Source: Candidatus Lokiarchaeum ossiferum (GTDB taxonomy: Archaea > Asgardarchaeota > Lokiarchaeia > Sigyniarchaeales > Promethearchaeaceae). From it: 32,000 bases of DNA. The translations under genes were made by a program, and so were the position numbers. The stretch is taken from the NCBI GenBank assembly GCA_025839675.1, contig CP104013.1:5910001-5942000 (forward strand), read 5' to 3'. Below, piece after piece: positions 8,446 through 16,844 of this stretch (its first letter is position 1; each line of letters begins with the position of its first letter). The notes below the pieces were generated by a model. The model worked only from the letters and a program-made list of their open reading frames with translations. It did no database searches and had not been told where the DNA came from.

Positions 8446-9198
8446 ATGGATGATACTGAAATTCCTCAGAAAGATGAACAAGAAGTCAGAGTTTTTCAAT
8501 TAAATGATGAACTCGCTGAGTTTGAAGAGTTGGAAATAGAAGCAGAAGTTAAGCTCCATGAAATTCTCAAACCCGACTTAATATTATATTTCGTTCAGGC
8601 TTCAAAATACCGATCTTACATATGGGCTGGAAGTGAAACTTCAGTAAGAATGAAATTTATCGCAGCGAGTGCCGCTTCCAATGTGAGAGATAATATTGGT
8701 CCTGCAATCAAAATAAGTACTGTGGACGAGAATGAGGAATCAACACCATTCAAAATTTTGATTGGATTAGAAGAAGAAAAAACGTATGAAGAGGAACAAA
8801 CCGGTCCTGCGTATTCGGGTAAAGCTGAAGATGAAGTTTTATTAAAAAACCTAACTCTCGAGAATATTGTTCTTCTCCTTGAAAAAATAGGTTGTCCAGA
8901 TGGATATACACGGGAAATGGTCATTGATGGGAAGAATATTTACGGGTATCATGAAACTTACAAAGAATATCTTGGGGAAATCATTAAAGAACGAAAATTA
9001 TATCGCTTACAAGAAAAAGTTCCCGATGGTCCTTATATGGCGGAAGGATTAGTTCCTCGCATGTTGATGAGCTATAATCGGGTTGTTTTAACCGAACTCC
9101 TTCGGAAAAAAACCTCCGATGAAATTGAACTTGAGGAAATAAATGAGAAAAAAATTCGAGAAACTCAATCCTCTGAAGCCCCTTTTACTGCATCATAA
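8446..9198 (+). CDS. Gelsolin-repeat-like protein (putative actin-binding) with an uncharacterised C-terminal half
   Basis: 250-aa ORF. Residues around 13-108 (VRVFQL...DLILYFVQASKYRSYIWAGSETSVRMKFIAASAASNVRDNIGPAIKISTVDENEESTPFKILIG) follow the gelsolin/villin repeat pattern D-x-y-i-L ... yiW-x-G-x-x-s-S ... e ... A-A ... A ... v-x-E-g-x-E-s-x-x-F. The call rests on pattern recognition only. Confidence 0.45.
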   Translation: MDDTEIPQKDEQEVRVFQLNDELAEFEELEIEAEVKLHEILKPDLILYFVQASKYRSYIWAGSETSVRMKFIAASAASNVRDNIGPAIKISTVDENEESTPFKILIGLEEEKTYEEEQTGPAYSGKAEDEVLLKNLTLENIVLLLEKIGCPDGYTREMVIDGKNIYGYHETYKEYLGEIIKERKLYRLQEKVPDGPYMAEGLVPRMLMSYNRVVLTELLRKKTSDEIELEEINEKKIRETQSSEAPFTAS

Positions 9199-9232
9199 TA
9201 TTCTTATTCGCTGATACATTGAGGAAACTATC

Positions 9233-9370
9233 ATGAGTCACAGACGTGTTCAAGCAAAAAGAAGAAGAAGTAGTCAACGGCGAGATGCTAAAAGACAATG
9301 GATTGCTTATACTATCGTATTGGTGATTGTAGTGTCAGCAATAATCGCTATTGCTTTATCAATGCAATAA
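9233..9370 (+). CDS. Small single-pass membrane protein (45 aa), uncharacterised
   Basis: Not in the ORF track because it is under 60 aa. My translation is MSHRRVQAKRRRSSQRRDAKRQWIAYTIVLVIVVSAIIAIALSMQ*. It has a strongly basic N-terminus followed by one clean TM helix. A GAGG lies 9 nt upstream of the ATG. It fills the gap between two convergent genes. Confidence 0.35.
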   Translation: MSHRRVQAKRRRSSQRRDAKRQWIAYTIVLVIVVSAIIAIALSMQ

Positions 9371-9379
9371 CGGTTTGAT

Positions 9380-10255
9380 TTAAATATTCAAAATGTCCCT
9401 TCTTTTTTCCTTTAGTTCTTTAGAAAGTGTCGGAGTAAATGCTATTAGGGAATAATGTAAATTAAGTGATACTTCATGATTTTTTATTGAAGTAAAATCT
9501 TCATTCCAGACAATTCCTCCTGCTTCCGTAAGGATTAAGATTCCTGCTGCAATGTCTACTATACGTGTAATGCCTCGCATATCGAAATAAATATCTAATC
9601 CTCCTCGTGCCACTAAACACAATTCTAAAGCACACGCTCCAAATACTCTTACTTTCCGGACTTGAGTAAGTAAATTTTGCTTGAATAATTGATAATCGGG
9701 AAGAATTCTTCTCGGATCCAAATCCGTGCCTAAAATTGCTGTGGAAATAGTAGTTGCTTCAGAGCAGTGAATGGGTTTTTCATTGAGATAAGATCCATGC
9801 CCCTTTTCTGCCACATATAGATCATTGGTTGCTATATCATATACAACCCCTATCTGGAGATCTGTGAAATTGGCACTTGTTGCATAAGCAATTGAAATAC
9901 AATAAAAAGGAATTCCTCTTTTTGCATTAGTAGATCCATCAACTGGATCAATGAGAAAAAAATTAGAAGTTGATTTATATTGAACGGAGTCTTTTTTAAA
10001 GAATAATTCTTGGTCTGCATCCCAATATCTGTTCCCAATTTCTTCAGATATGACATTGAATGATTCTTTATATTTTTTTAGACAATTTAATATAAAATTT
10101 TCCGCTTTTCTATCAATTTCAAGCGTAATATCACCTCCTGCACCCCGTGAGTATGTTTTTTGTCCTTGAACTGTGCCCACAATTGGTATAATCTCTTGTG
10201 CTGCTTCTTTAATAAGGTCGCTTAATCTGTTTGTCCATCGATTTGTATAAATCAT
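9380..10255 (-). CDS. suhB: Inositol monophosphatase / fructose-1,6-bisphosphatase family protein
   Basis: 291-aa ORF with IMPase-family metal-binding motifs: SEE(I)G, LIDPVDGSTNA and VDIAAG (the WD-x-AAG position). Confidence 0.8.
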   Translation of the reverse strand: MIYTNRWTNRLSDLIKEAAQEIIPIVGTVQGQKTYSRGAGGDITLEIDRKAENFILNCLKKYKESFNVISEEIGNRYWDADQELFFKKDSVQYKSTSNFFLIDPVDGSTNAKRGIPFYCISIAYATSANFTDLQIGVVYDIATNDLYVAEKGHGSYLNEKPIHCSEATTISTAILGTDLDPRRILPDYQLFKQNLLTQVRKVRVFGACALELCLVARGGLDIYFDMRGITRIVDIAAGILILTEAGGIVWNEDFTSIKNHEVSLNLHYSLIAFTPTLSKELKEKRRDILNI

Positions 10256-10287
10256 AAAAAATCACGTAGTAAAATGAAATAAAAAAA

Positions 10288-12615
10288 TTAAGAAAAGAGT
10301 CCCGGTTCTTTGAATGGTGCTGCTGCTCGTATCTTTTGATTTGAGAGTTTTTCTGAAATTTCGTTGTATTTTGCAATTAAATCCGGTGTAAGAGATGCTT
10401 GAATTTTCTTGAGTGCATATTCAAGGTGTGCTAAATCTATCATTTCAAAATCCTCTAATTTTTCTCGAATGGCTTGCATCCCTGCTTCTCGCACAACATT
10501 TTCTAAATCTGCACCACTGTATCCCATTGTATTTTCAGCAATAGAATCAAGTTTGGCTTTAGCATTTTCTGCCAATGGCATATCTTTGGTATGCACATCT
10601 AAAATTTTCTTACGTCCCTCTACTTCTGGGGCTGGAACATAAACCAATCGATCAAATCGACCTGGTCGTAATAATGCAGGATCTAGAATATCGGGACGAT
10701 TAGTGCTTGCAACAATCACAACACCCTTCCTATCTTCTACTCCATCCATTTCAACTAATATTTGGTTAACTACTTGCATCCCCACATTGGAACCTGAAGA
10801 TGCACCCATTCCACCTCCTCGGTTGGCTGCTATGGCATCTATTTCATCAAAATATATAATAGATGGTGCGGATAAGCGAGCTTTGCGGAAAATTTCACGA
10901 ACTGCTTTTTCGCTTTCTCCTACAAATTTTGAAAAGATTTCTGGACCTTTTACTGTTAAGAAATTGATTTCTGATTCTGTAGCAACAGCTTTTGCCAATA
11001 ATGTCTTACCACAACCAGGTGGGCCATAAAGAAGTACCCCATTTACAGATCTAATACCTGCTTTTTTATAGAGATGCGGATATTTTAGAGGCCAATCTAT
11101 ACTTTCTTTCAATTCTTGTTTAACAGATTCTAAGCCTCCAATATCATCCCACTTCACATTGGGTACCTCAACTAAAACTTCTCGCATCGCACTTGGTTCT
11201 ACCATTCGAAGGGCGTTTTGAAAATCATCATCAGTGATTTGTAACGAATCGAGAATTTCAGTTGGGATTGGTTTATCTAAATCGATTTTCGGAAGTATTT
11301 TTCGAAGTGAAGACATCGCTGCTTCCCTTGCAACGGCCATTAAATCTGCACCTACAAATCCGTGGGAAAGCCTTGCATATTCTTTTAACTCTACATCAGT
11401 TGCTAAGGGCATGCCTCTGGTGTGGATTTGCAATATTTCTTTTCGACCATCTGCGTCAGGAACCGAGAGTTCTATCTCCCGATCAAATCTCCCAGGACGT
11501 CGTAGTGCTTCATCAATTGAATTAACACGATTTGTAGCGCCTATCACAATGATACGTCCTCTTCCTTTTAATCCATCTAATAAACTTAACAATTGGGCAA
11601 CTACACGACGCTCTACTTCACCAGATACATTTTCTCGTTTTGGCGCAATAGAGTCGATTTCATCAATAAATATAATTGAAGGGGCTTTTTCTTCTGCTTC
11701 TTTGAAGATATTTCGCAACCGTTCTTCAGATGCACCATAAAACTTACTCATAATTTCCGGACCATTAATGGTTATAAAAGTTGCATTCGCTTCTTGAGAA
11801 ACTGCACGCGCCATCAACGTTTTTCCTGTTCCCGGTGGTCCGTGGAGCAACACTCCTTTTGGAGGATCTATATTAACGCGTTGAAATAATTCGGGATGTT
11901 TCAAAGGTAATTCTACCATTTCCCGAATGCGGTGTATTACTTCTCCTAATCCACCTATATCATCATAAGTCGTAATATCTCCCATGGAATTAGTCGCCAC
12001 AAAACCTTCCCGAATTTCAATGGCTGTGGAATTCTGAATTTGAACTATGCCCTTAGGTTTAGTCTCCACAACTGCAAATCTAACTTCCCCTATGGACACA
12101 GTTGGTGTTTTCAAGAATGGCATCATTTCTTTTAATTCTTTATAGGGGCCATTTCCTTGTTCCTTTTTCGCTAAATTAGAGCCTGATACGTTTATAATAT
12201 CTCCTGCTTGTACTGGTTTATTCAAAAGGTTTAGTTTGATTTGCTTAATGCTCGATGAGAGCTTTAAATCTGATTGAATTAAACTAAGTACTACCTTATT
12301 GGCGATCGAATAATTACATTTGCGAATTTTTACATATTCTCCAATTCCAATTCCCGCATTCCTCCGAGTTAATCCGTCTAATAATATAATCTCCGTTTCT
12401 GAGGTTGAAGTTGGGAATAGAATGGCAGCGGTATTCTTTTTTCCGATGATCTCTACGATTTCGCCAGGTTTTAATTCCATTTCTTTTATTACGCTTGTAT
12501 CCATTCGGCACATAAATCTGCCTGCTGAAGCTTTTGCTATTTCCGCAACACGTAATGTTTTAATGATTCTATTGTCGTCTGTTGGTGCCATACCACTCAT
12601 ACTCATAATAATCAA
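10288..12615 (-). CDS. cdc48: CDC48/VCP/p97-type AAA+ ATPase (two AAA domains)
   Basis: 775-aa ORF with an N-terminal double-psi-barrel-like region. It has two Walker A sites (GPPGTGKTL, GPPGCGKTL), two Walker B sites (IIFIDEIDS, IIYFDEIDA) and second-region-of-homology motifs (ATNRxxxxDxALxRPGRFDR twice). Confidence 0.95.
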   Translation of the reverse strand: MIIMSMSGMAPTDDNRIIKTLRVAEIAKASAGRFMCRMDTSVIKEMELKPGEIVEIIGKKNTAAILFPTSTSETEIILLDGLTRRNAGIGIGEYVKIRKCNYSIANKVVLSLIQSDLKLSSSIKQIKLNLLNKPVQAGDIINVSGSNLAKKEQGNGPYKELKEMMPFLKTPTVSIGEVRFAVVETKPKGIVQIQNSTAIEIREGFVATNSMGDITTYDDIGGLGEVIHRIREMVELPLKHPELFQRVNIDPPKGVLLHGPPGTGKTLMARAVSQEANATFITINGPEIMSKFYGASEERLRNIFKEAEEKAPSIIFIDEIDSIAPKRENVSGEVERRVVAQLLSLLDGLKGRGRIIVIGATNRVNSIDEALRRPGRFDREIELSVPDADGRKEILQIHTRGMPLATDVELKEYARLSHGFVGADLMAVAREAAMSSLRKILPKIDLDKPIPTEILDSLQITDDDFQNALRMVEPSAMREVLVEVPNVKWDDIGGLESVKQELKESIDWPLKYPHLYKKAGIRSVNGVLLYGPPGCGKTLLAKAVATESEINFLTVKGPEIFSKFVGESEKAVREIFRKARLSAPSIIYFDEIDAIAANRGGGMGASSGSNVGMQVVNQILVEMDGVEDRKGVVIVASTNRPDILDPALLRPGRFDRLVYVPAPEVEGRKKILDVHTKDMPLAENAKAKLDSIAENTMGYSGADLENVVREAGMQAIREKLEDFEMIDLAHLEYALKKIQASLTPDLIAKYNEISEKLSNQKIRAAAPFKEPGLFS

Positions 12616-12652
12616 GTATATATAAAAGTTAATGGTGTAAAAAATTATGGAT

Positions 12653-13549
12653 TCAGTTCGATAAGGATTCGTTTAAAAATTCCAAAAATAGGTTCATCGA
12701 AATTTTCTCATACTCCTTTTGCTCTTTCCAAATTAAGAATTTTTTCCGTAATTCTGAAAGAATTTTTGGTGCTTCGATAGAAGAAAGTGGAATATCATAT
12801 TCTTTAAGAAGTAACCGATTTATGTCTTCCTTATTCGATTGACTTATTTTTTCCGTTATAATATCGTGGATGAGTGATCGAGATAATTTCTCTGTCTCAT
12901 TTTTGGATTCATCTACTTGGCTTTCCTTTGAATTTTGATTTAAAGACATTTGTTTCGATTCTTCCTCTTTTCGTTTGTTATTTTCAATTTCGATACGAAC
13001 TTGATTAAGTGTCTTTTCTATTGCTCCATCTAAAGAAATTCTACTGAAATCTATCTCCAATTTAGGGGCATCCCACTTGTATTTCTGCCCGGGAAAATCA
13101 AACTTCACTTTAATTTCATGAATCAGTTTGGATGGAATTGGACTTCCTCGCCCAAAATTCCACTTCAAGCATACTTTTTCAGGATTTGAGAAATAAATGG
13201 GAATATAGATTGCATTTTCGTTGATACTCATTTCAAAATAACGATGACGCATTGATATAAAGTAATGTAAATCGTCCACAATCACAACTGAATTTGATTT
13301 CAAGTTTTGGTGTACTCGTTTAAATTTTTCAGCTTGTACTTCATTTTCTTTTTCGGGTTGGAAAATTGGCCCAAACATTTCTGTTCGAATTTCATCAATA
13401 TCAATGATTGTTACGCTATCAAACATTGATTCAAAATTACAAACTTCTTGCAATAATTGAGCAAAAGTACTCTTACCCGAAGCAGGGAGTCCCATAAGTA
13501 ATATTAAAATCGGGCGGGTGGTGTATTTTGGCTTTGTTATTTCATTCAT
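12653..13549 (-). CDS. pstK: O-phosphoseryl-tRNA(Sec) kinase (PSTK) / Kti12-family P-loop kinase
   Basis: 298-aa ORF with a P-loop (GLPASGKST). Blocks VIVDDLHYFISMRHRYF and FDFPGQKYKWDAPKLEIDF resemble archaeal PSTK as I remember it from Methanocaldococcus (VIVDDTNYYNSMRRDL, FDEPGKKYKWDEP). A low-complexity linker is followed by a C-terminal helical domain ending ...ELRKKFLIWKE, as in the PSTK tRNA-binding domain. Confidence 0.65.
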   Translation of the reverse strand: MNEITKPKYTTRPILILLMGLPASGKSTFAQLLQEVCNFESMFDSVTIIDIDEIRTEMFGPIFQPEKENEVQAEKFKRVHQNLKSNSVVIVDDLHYFISMRHRYFEMSINENAIYIPIYFSNPEKVCLKWNFGRGSPIPSKLIHEIKVKFDFPGQKYKWDAPKLEIDFSRISLDGAIEKTLNQVRIEIENNKRKEEESKQMSLNQNSKESQVDESKNETEKLSRSLIHDIITEKISQSNKEDINRLLLKEYDIPLSSIEAPKILSELRKKFLIWKEQKEYEKISMNLFLEFLNESLSN

Positions 13550-13574
13550 TTAGTCTAACTTCTCCGGTGGTAAG

Positions 13575-13868
13575 TTATTCGATTTTTTCTTTTAAATTGT
13601 TTTGAAATTTTTCTATCAATTCCCATTTTTTAGCGGATGAAAATGATTTAATTTCATATTCTCGTTTCATTACTTCACTTCGAGATAGCTGCATTTCAAA
13701 ATATGCCAAATCTATTATCTTTCCTCGAGTATATTTGGCCCCCTTTCCAGTTCGGTGTTGTTCAATTCTAATCATGAGATCTTGAGTTGATCCAGTATAT
13801 AAAGAAACTTTATTTGTTTTCCGACTCGTGCACTTAAGAATATATACATAATAAACTCCGATTTTGAT
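13575..13868 (-). CDS. GIY-YIG nuclease-domain protein (UPF0213-like); no canonical start codon covers the GIY motif
   Basis: The ORF track starts at the ATG at 13775. The frame is open up to 13868, with an in-frame TGA at 13869-13871. The extension reads IKIGVYYVYILKCTSRKTNKVSLYTGSTQDL-MIRIEQHRTGKGAKYTRG..., which is the complete GIY (YVYIL) and YIG (LYTGST..L..R...H) motifs. There is no in-frame ATG, GTG or TTG upstream of the GIY motif. Confidence 0.65.
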   Translation of the reverse strand: MKIGVYYVYILKCTSRKTNKVSLYTGSTQDLMIRIEQHRTGKGAKYTRGKIIDLAYFEMQLSRSEVMKREYEIKSFSSAKKWELIEKFQNNLKEKIE

Positions 13869-13902
13869 TCACCTGAATTTCTATAATTTTACTGGGGTCA
13901 AG

Positions 13903-14691
13903 TTATTTTAGATTAAAGAAAGATTTGCAATTATGGGTCGTAATCTCTGCAATATCATCTTTAGATATGTTCTTCAATGTTGATATTTTTTCTATTGAAA
14001 ATTTTAGGTATTGAGGTTCATTGACTTCAAATTCTGGTTTGGGTTGCAGAAAAGGGGCGTCAGTTTCTAACATTATTTTTTCAATTGGGAGTCTTTTGGC
14101 GATTTCTTGATTTATTTTTTTATAATAAACGGAAGTGGGAATTGTAAAATACCAATTATCATGTTCTAGACTTCGGGCAATATATTTTTCTGCTCCAATA
14201 AAACAGTGAAGTAAAACTCCTGGAAGATCTGAATATTTTTCTTCTTCTAAGATATTCACTGCATGTTTTTCCGCCCATCGACAGTGAATTACTACTGGCT
14301 TTTGCATTTCGATAGCAAAATCCAATTGATCCCTAAAAATTTGTTCTTGAAATTTTCGTAATGAAGAGTCACGGACCTGTAAATAGTCTAAACCAATTTC
14401 TCCTAATGCTAAAAACTCCTCTGAATGCTTTCGAAAGTGATCTTTGAAAAGCTTTACATCTACATCGGGTTGAACGGCTTCTTCTGGGTGAATTCCAATA
14501 ATATTCTTTATTATGGGAAATTGTTTTCCCAACCTCAAACATGGTTCAAAATCATCATATTTAATTCCCGTGTTGATAATTGTTGTGATTCCTTGCTTTT
14601 GTGCGCGTTTGATCACTTGATCGACTTGTTTCAATAACGTCGGCCAGATCAGATGTGCATGAGCATCAATTATTTCTTTTAATACGGGCAT
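13903..14691 (-). CDS. tatD: TatD-family metal-dependent hydrolase/DNase
   Basis: 262-aa ORF with TatD motifs: IDAHAHL at the N-terminus, ALGEIGLDY, VVIHCR, and LETDAPFL near the C-terminus. Confidence 0.9.
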   Translation of the reverse strand: MPVLKEIIDAHAHLIWPTLLKQVDQVIKRAQKQGITTIINTGIKYDDFEPCLRLGKQFPIIKNIIGIHPEEAVQPDVDVKLFKDHFRKHSEEFLALGEIGLDYLQVRDSSLRKFQEQIFRDQLDFAIEMQKPVVIHCRWAEKHAVNILEEEKYSDLPGVLLHCFIGAEKYIARSLEHDNWYFTIPTSVYYKKINQEIAKRLPIEKIMLETDAPFLQPKPEFEVNEPQYLKFSIEKISTLKNISKDDIAEITTHNCKSFFNLK

Positions 14692-14789
14692 AGAGCATCA
14701 AATCCAATGGATTAATAATATTATAAAGCATAGAATTAAGTAAATGTTTTAGGATTAATTACAAAAATTAGATCATAACTAAATTTTTC

Positions 14790-15449
14790 ATGAAACAAAG
14801 AGAGATAAATATGCCAGAAGGAATTGTGATAATCGATTGGGATGAATTTGAGGGAGGAGTTGTGTCATTTAAATATCCAGACATTGAAGTTCCATCCAAT
14901 TTAGTTCAGCTTTTGCAAATCTCTCACTCGTTCAACCCGGGATTAATAACTATTCAAGAAACTGATTTTCATGCTTTATCCATTGGGAATGAAGATTTAC
15001 AGAAAGTTATTGTGCTAATTTTGAATAAATTTGAAGATGCAAGTGATTTCACTGAAATTATTTATACTATTAATAAATCCGTATCGGATCACTCTGAATC
15101 TCAAAAATTAGAAAATGAATTGACTCGTATTTTTGGCTTATCCCAATCTGTATTTAAAGCTCGAGAAGCGGTTTTAACTAAACTTGCGAATGAGGTCACT
15201 GAGCTAAAAAATCGAGAGATTGATTTGAAATTATCTTTAGAATGGCTGCTACTCAATGAAACATCCCCTGAAAACCAGATTATTTTAGTGTTGTTGCGTT
15301 ACGGTTCAATGCAATGTTCCAATCTTACCAAATATATCGAACTCCCTGAAACTGAAATACAATCTTTATTAAATGAGATGGAAACAAAAAAAATCTTAGA
15401 AAATCGTGATGGGTTCTATTTCTTACTCATTCATTACCAAATTAGCTAA
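14790..15449 (+). CDS. Uncharacterised protein: N-terminal alpha/beta (longin/roadblock-like?) domain, central coiled coil, C-terminal winged-helix-like domain
   Basis: 219-aa ORF; the ATG at 14811 is an alternative start. The N-terminal 100 aa alternate strand-like and helix-like segments (GIVIIDWDE / GGVVSFKYP / SNLVQLLQISHSF / GLITIQETDFHALSI / KVIVLILNK / DFTEIIYTINKSV). The C-terminus (IILVLLRYGSMQCSNLTKYIELPETEIQSLLNEMETKKILENRDGFYFL) looks like a TrmB/MarR-type wHTH. The coding call is good; the function is inferred. Confidence 0.45.
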   Translation: MKQREINMPEGIVIIDWDEFEGGVVSFKYPDIEVPSNLVQLLQISHSFNPGLITIQETDFHALSIGNEDLQKVIVLILNKFEDASDFTEIIYTINKSVSDHSESQKLENELTRIFGLSQSVFKAREAVLTKLANEVTELKNREIDLKLSLEWLLLNETSPENQIILVLLRYGSMQCSNLTKYIELPETEIQSLLNEMETKKILENRDGFYFLLIHYQIS

Positions 15450-15511
15450 AATGTTCCTAAAATCCAAAAAAGATTCTTAATTATTCAAAGAGAAAAGAAA
15501 AAGTCAAAAAA

Positions 15512-15757
15512 TTATTTAGCTAAAGTAATGAGAGTGCTACTCTTTTTAATATCAAATTTCTTCCGCAAATCCATCATAAAACTGGTCATTTCTTGAAGAT
15601 TGTTTAACTCTACCTTGATTATCAGGTCATAATCCCCATAAATCAAATGAACCTCTTTCACTTTATCAATACTTTGTACTTCATTAAAAATATTTTCTGT
15701 TGAATTCGAATCCGTAACCAACAACACGAACGCCACTACTTTATCTGCTGAGCTCAT
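15512..15757 (-). CDS. Stand-alone Lrp/AsnC ligand-binding (RAM) domain protein
   Basis: 81-aa ORF matching the AsnC_trans_reg/RAM pattern: VVAFVLLVT...IFNEVQSIDKVKEVHLIYGDYDLIIKVELNNLQEMTSFMMD-LRK...IKKSSTLITL. There is no HTH domain. Confidence 0.75.
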   Translation of the reverse strand: MSSADKVVAFVLLVTDSNSTENIFNEVQSIDKVKEVHLIYGDYDLIIKVELNNLQEMTSFMMDLRKKFDIKKSSTLITLAK

Positions 15758-15962
15758 ATTTTACACCTATTATCAGAATTATAATACACGTATTTTAATG
15801 TATATGTTTTTGTTCCTAAAAATACTTGCTTTCATTAAAAATTCCATGAAATAGTCTATAAATCTTTGTAGAATTAATTTGGTTGAAAAAAATGCCTTCA
15901 GTCGCTCCATTACGTTAAAAAATATTCATAATCCTTGATCTCTAATTTTCCCATAAATGGAG

Positions 15963-16442
15963 TTATTCCGAAGGAACTACAATCATAAATTTACACATTT
16001 TCGCTTCTTTACCAGATAAACGACATTCTAATTCTTGCGCAAAACAATGTTTCCCAGTGATACGTTCCACAATCCCTGCAAATAATCCCGCTTCAAAAGA
16101 ACAAAATCCTTGCTGGATTTCAATATTTGGGATGTCGATATCTTTACACGACCTGCAAGATTCCAATCCAAACGTAATGTGGTCTGAATTTTCTTCCAAA
16201 AGATGGAATGTTCCGAGGTGATAAGAATCTGATACTTGTTTTAATATATTTACAAGTTTTTTATCTTCCATTGGTTCATCATCGATGGTACTCCCAAGTT
16301 CATGTCCAATGAAATAAAAAATTGCTTCTAATTGGTTTCCCAAGGCATATAATGCCCCGATCTTTAAATCCCCTATATTAGATCCATTTTTTAAAAGCAA
16401 TTTCATTTTTTTTAGCATTCCTTCAAGCAAAATTCTATTCAT
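15963..16442 (-). CDS. V4R (vinyl-4-reductase) domain protein
   Basis: 159-aa ORF. The C-terminal part, CSFEAGLFAGIVERITGKHCFAQELECRLSGKEAKMCKFMIV, follows the V4R signature C...G...G......E..C...G...C.F.I. It lies 45 bp downstream of the thioredoxin-like gene on the same strand. Confidence 0.7.
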   Translation of the reverse strand: MNRILLEGMLKKMKLLLKNGSNIGDLKIGALYALGNQLEAIFYFIGHELGSTIDDEPMEDKKLVNILKQVSDSYHLGTFHLLEENSDHITFGLESCRSCKDIDIPNIEIQQGFCSFEAGLFAGIVERITGKHCFAQELECRLSGKEAKMCKFMIVVPSE

Positions 16443-16487
16443 ACAAACCCTTCCTTTTATTCTCCTTTTCCTTTTTATGCCTTTCCC

Positions 16488-16790
16488 TTATTCTTCCATA
16501 AGCATATCTTCATCATCAAAAGAAACTGAAGATAAAAATCCTTGTAATATTGCATCCGTCATCTCATTTTTATCAATTATCACCGAAAGGCGAGTTTTTC
16601 CAATGATGAGTGTCGGAACTGATATTACATTGAATTTTCGTGCGATTTCAATATCCGATGCTATGTTTATTTTTTTTATTCGTAATTTGTTACCAAAAAG
16701 ACTCATATTTATTTCATTCAGCATTTTCGTTACGCTTTTGCAAGGAGCACAATAGGGGCTCGTAAAATAATAAATTAATGGATATCCCAT
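16488..16790 (-). CDS. Thioredoxin-fold protein with CAPC active site
   Basis: 100-aa ORF with YFTSPYCAPCKSV (a CxxC motif after beta1) and a cis-Pro motif (SVPT). It has an acidic C-terminal tail (SFDDEDMLMEE). It lies 54 bp downstream of the GTPase gene. Confidence 0.8.
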   Translation of the reverse strand: MGYPLIYYFTSPYCAPCKSVTKMLNEINMSLFGNKLRIKKINIASDIEIARKFNVISVPTLIIGKTRLSVIIDKNEMTDAILQGFLSSVSFDDEDMLMEE

Positions 16791-16844
16791 ATTTGCAACC
16801 TACTTCTCCTTGATTTCTCTTCTTCCTCAATTGAAAATGGTTTT

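Noticed and set aside
10409-12625. Several + strand ORFs (77-168 aa) inside the CDC48 gene, plus similar antisense or alternate-frame ORFs inside iorA, acdA, galM, the mutase genes and others
   Set aside because: All lie completely within strongly supported genes on the opposite strand or in another frame. They have Ser/Pro/Ile-rich low-information composition and no motifs. This is a typical shadow-ORF artefact.
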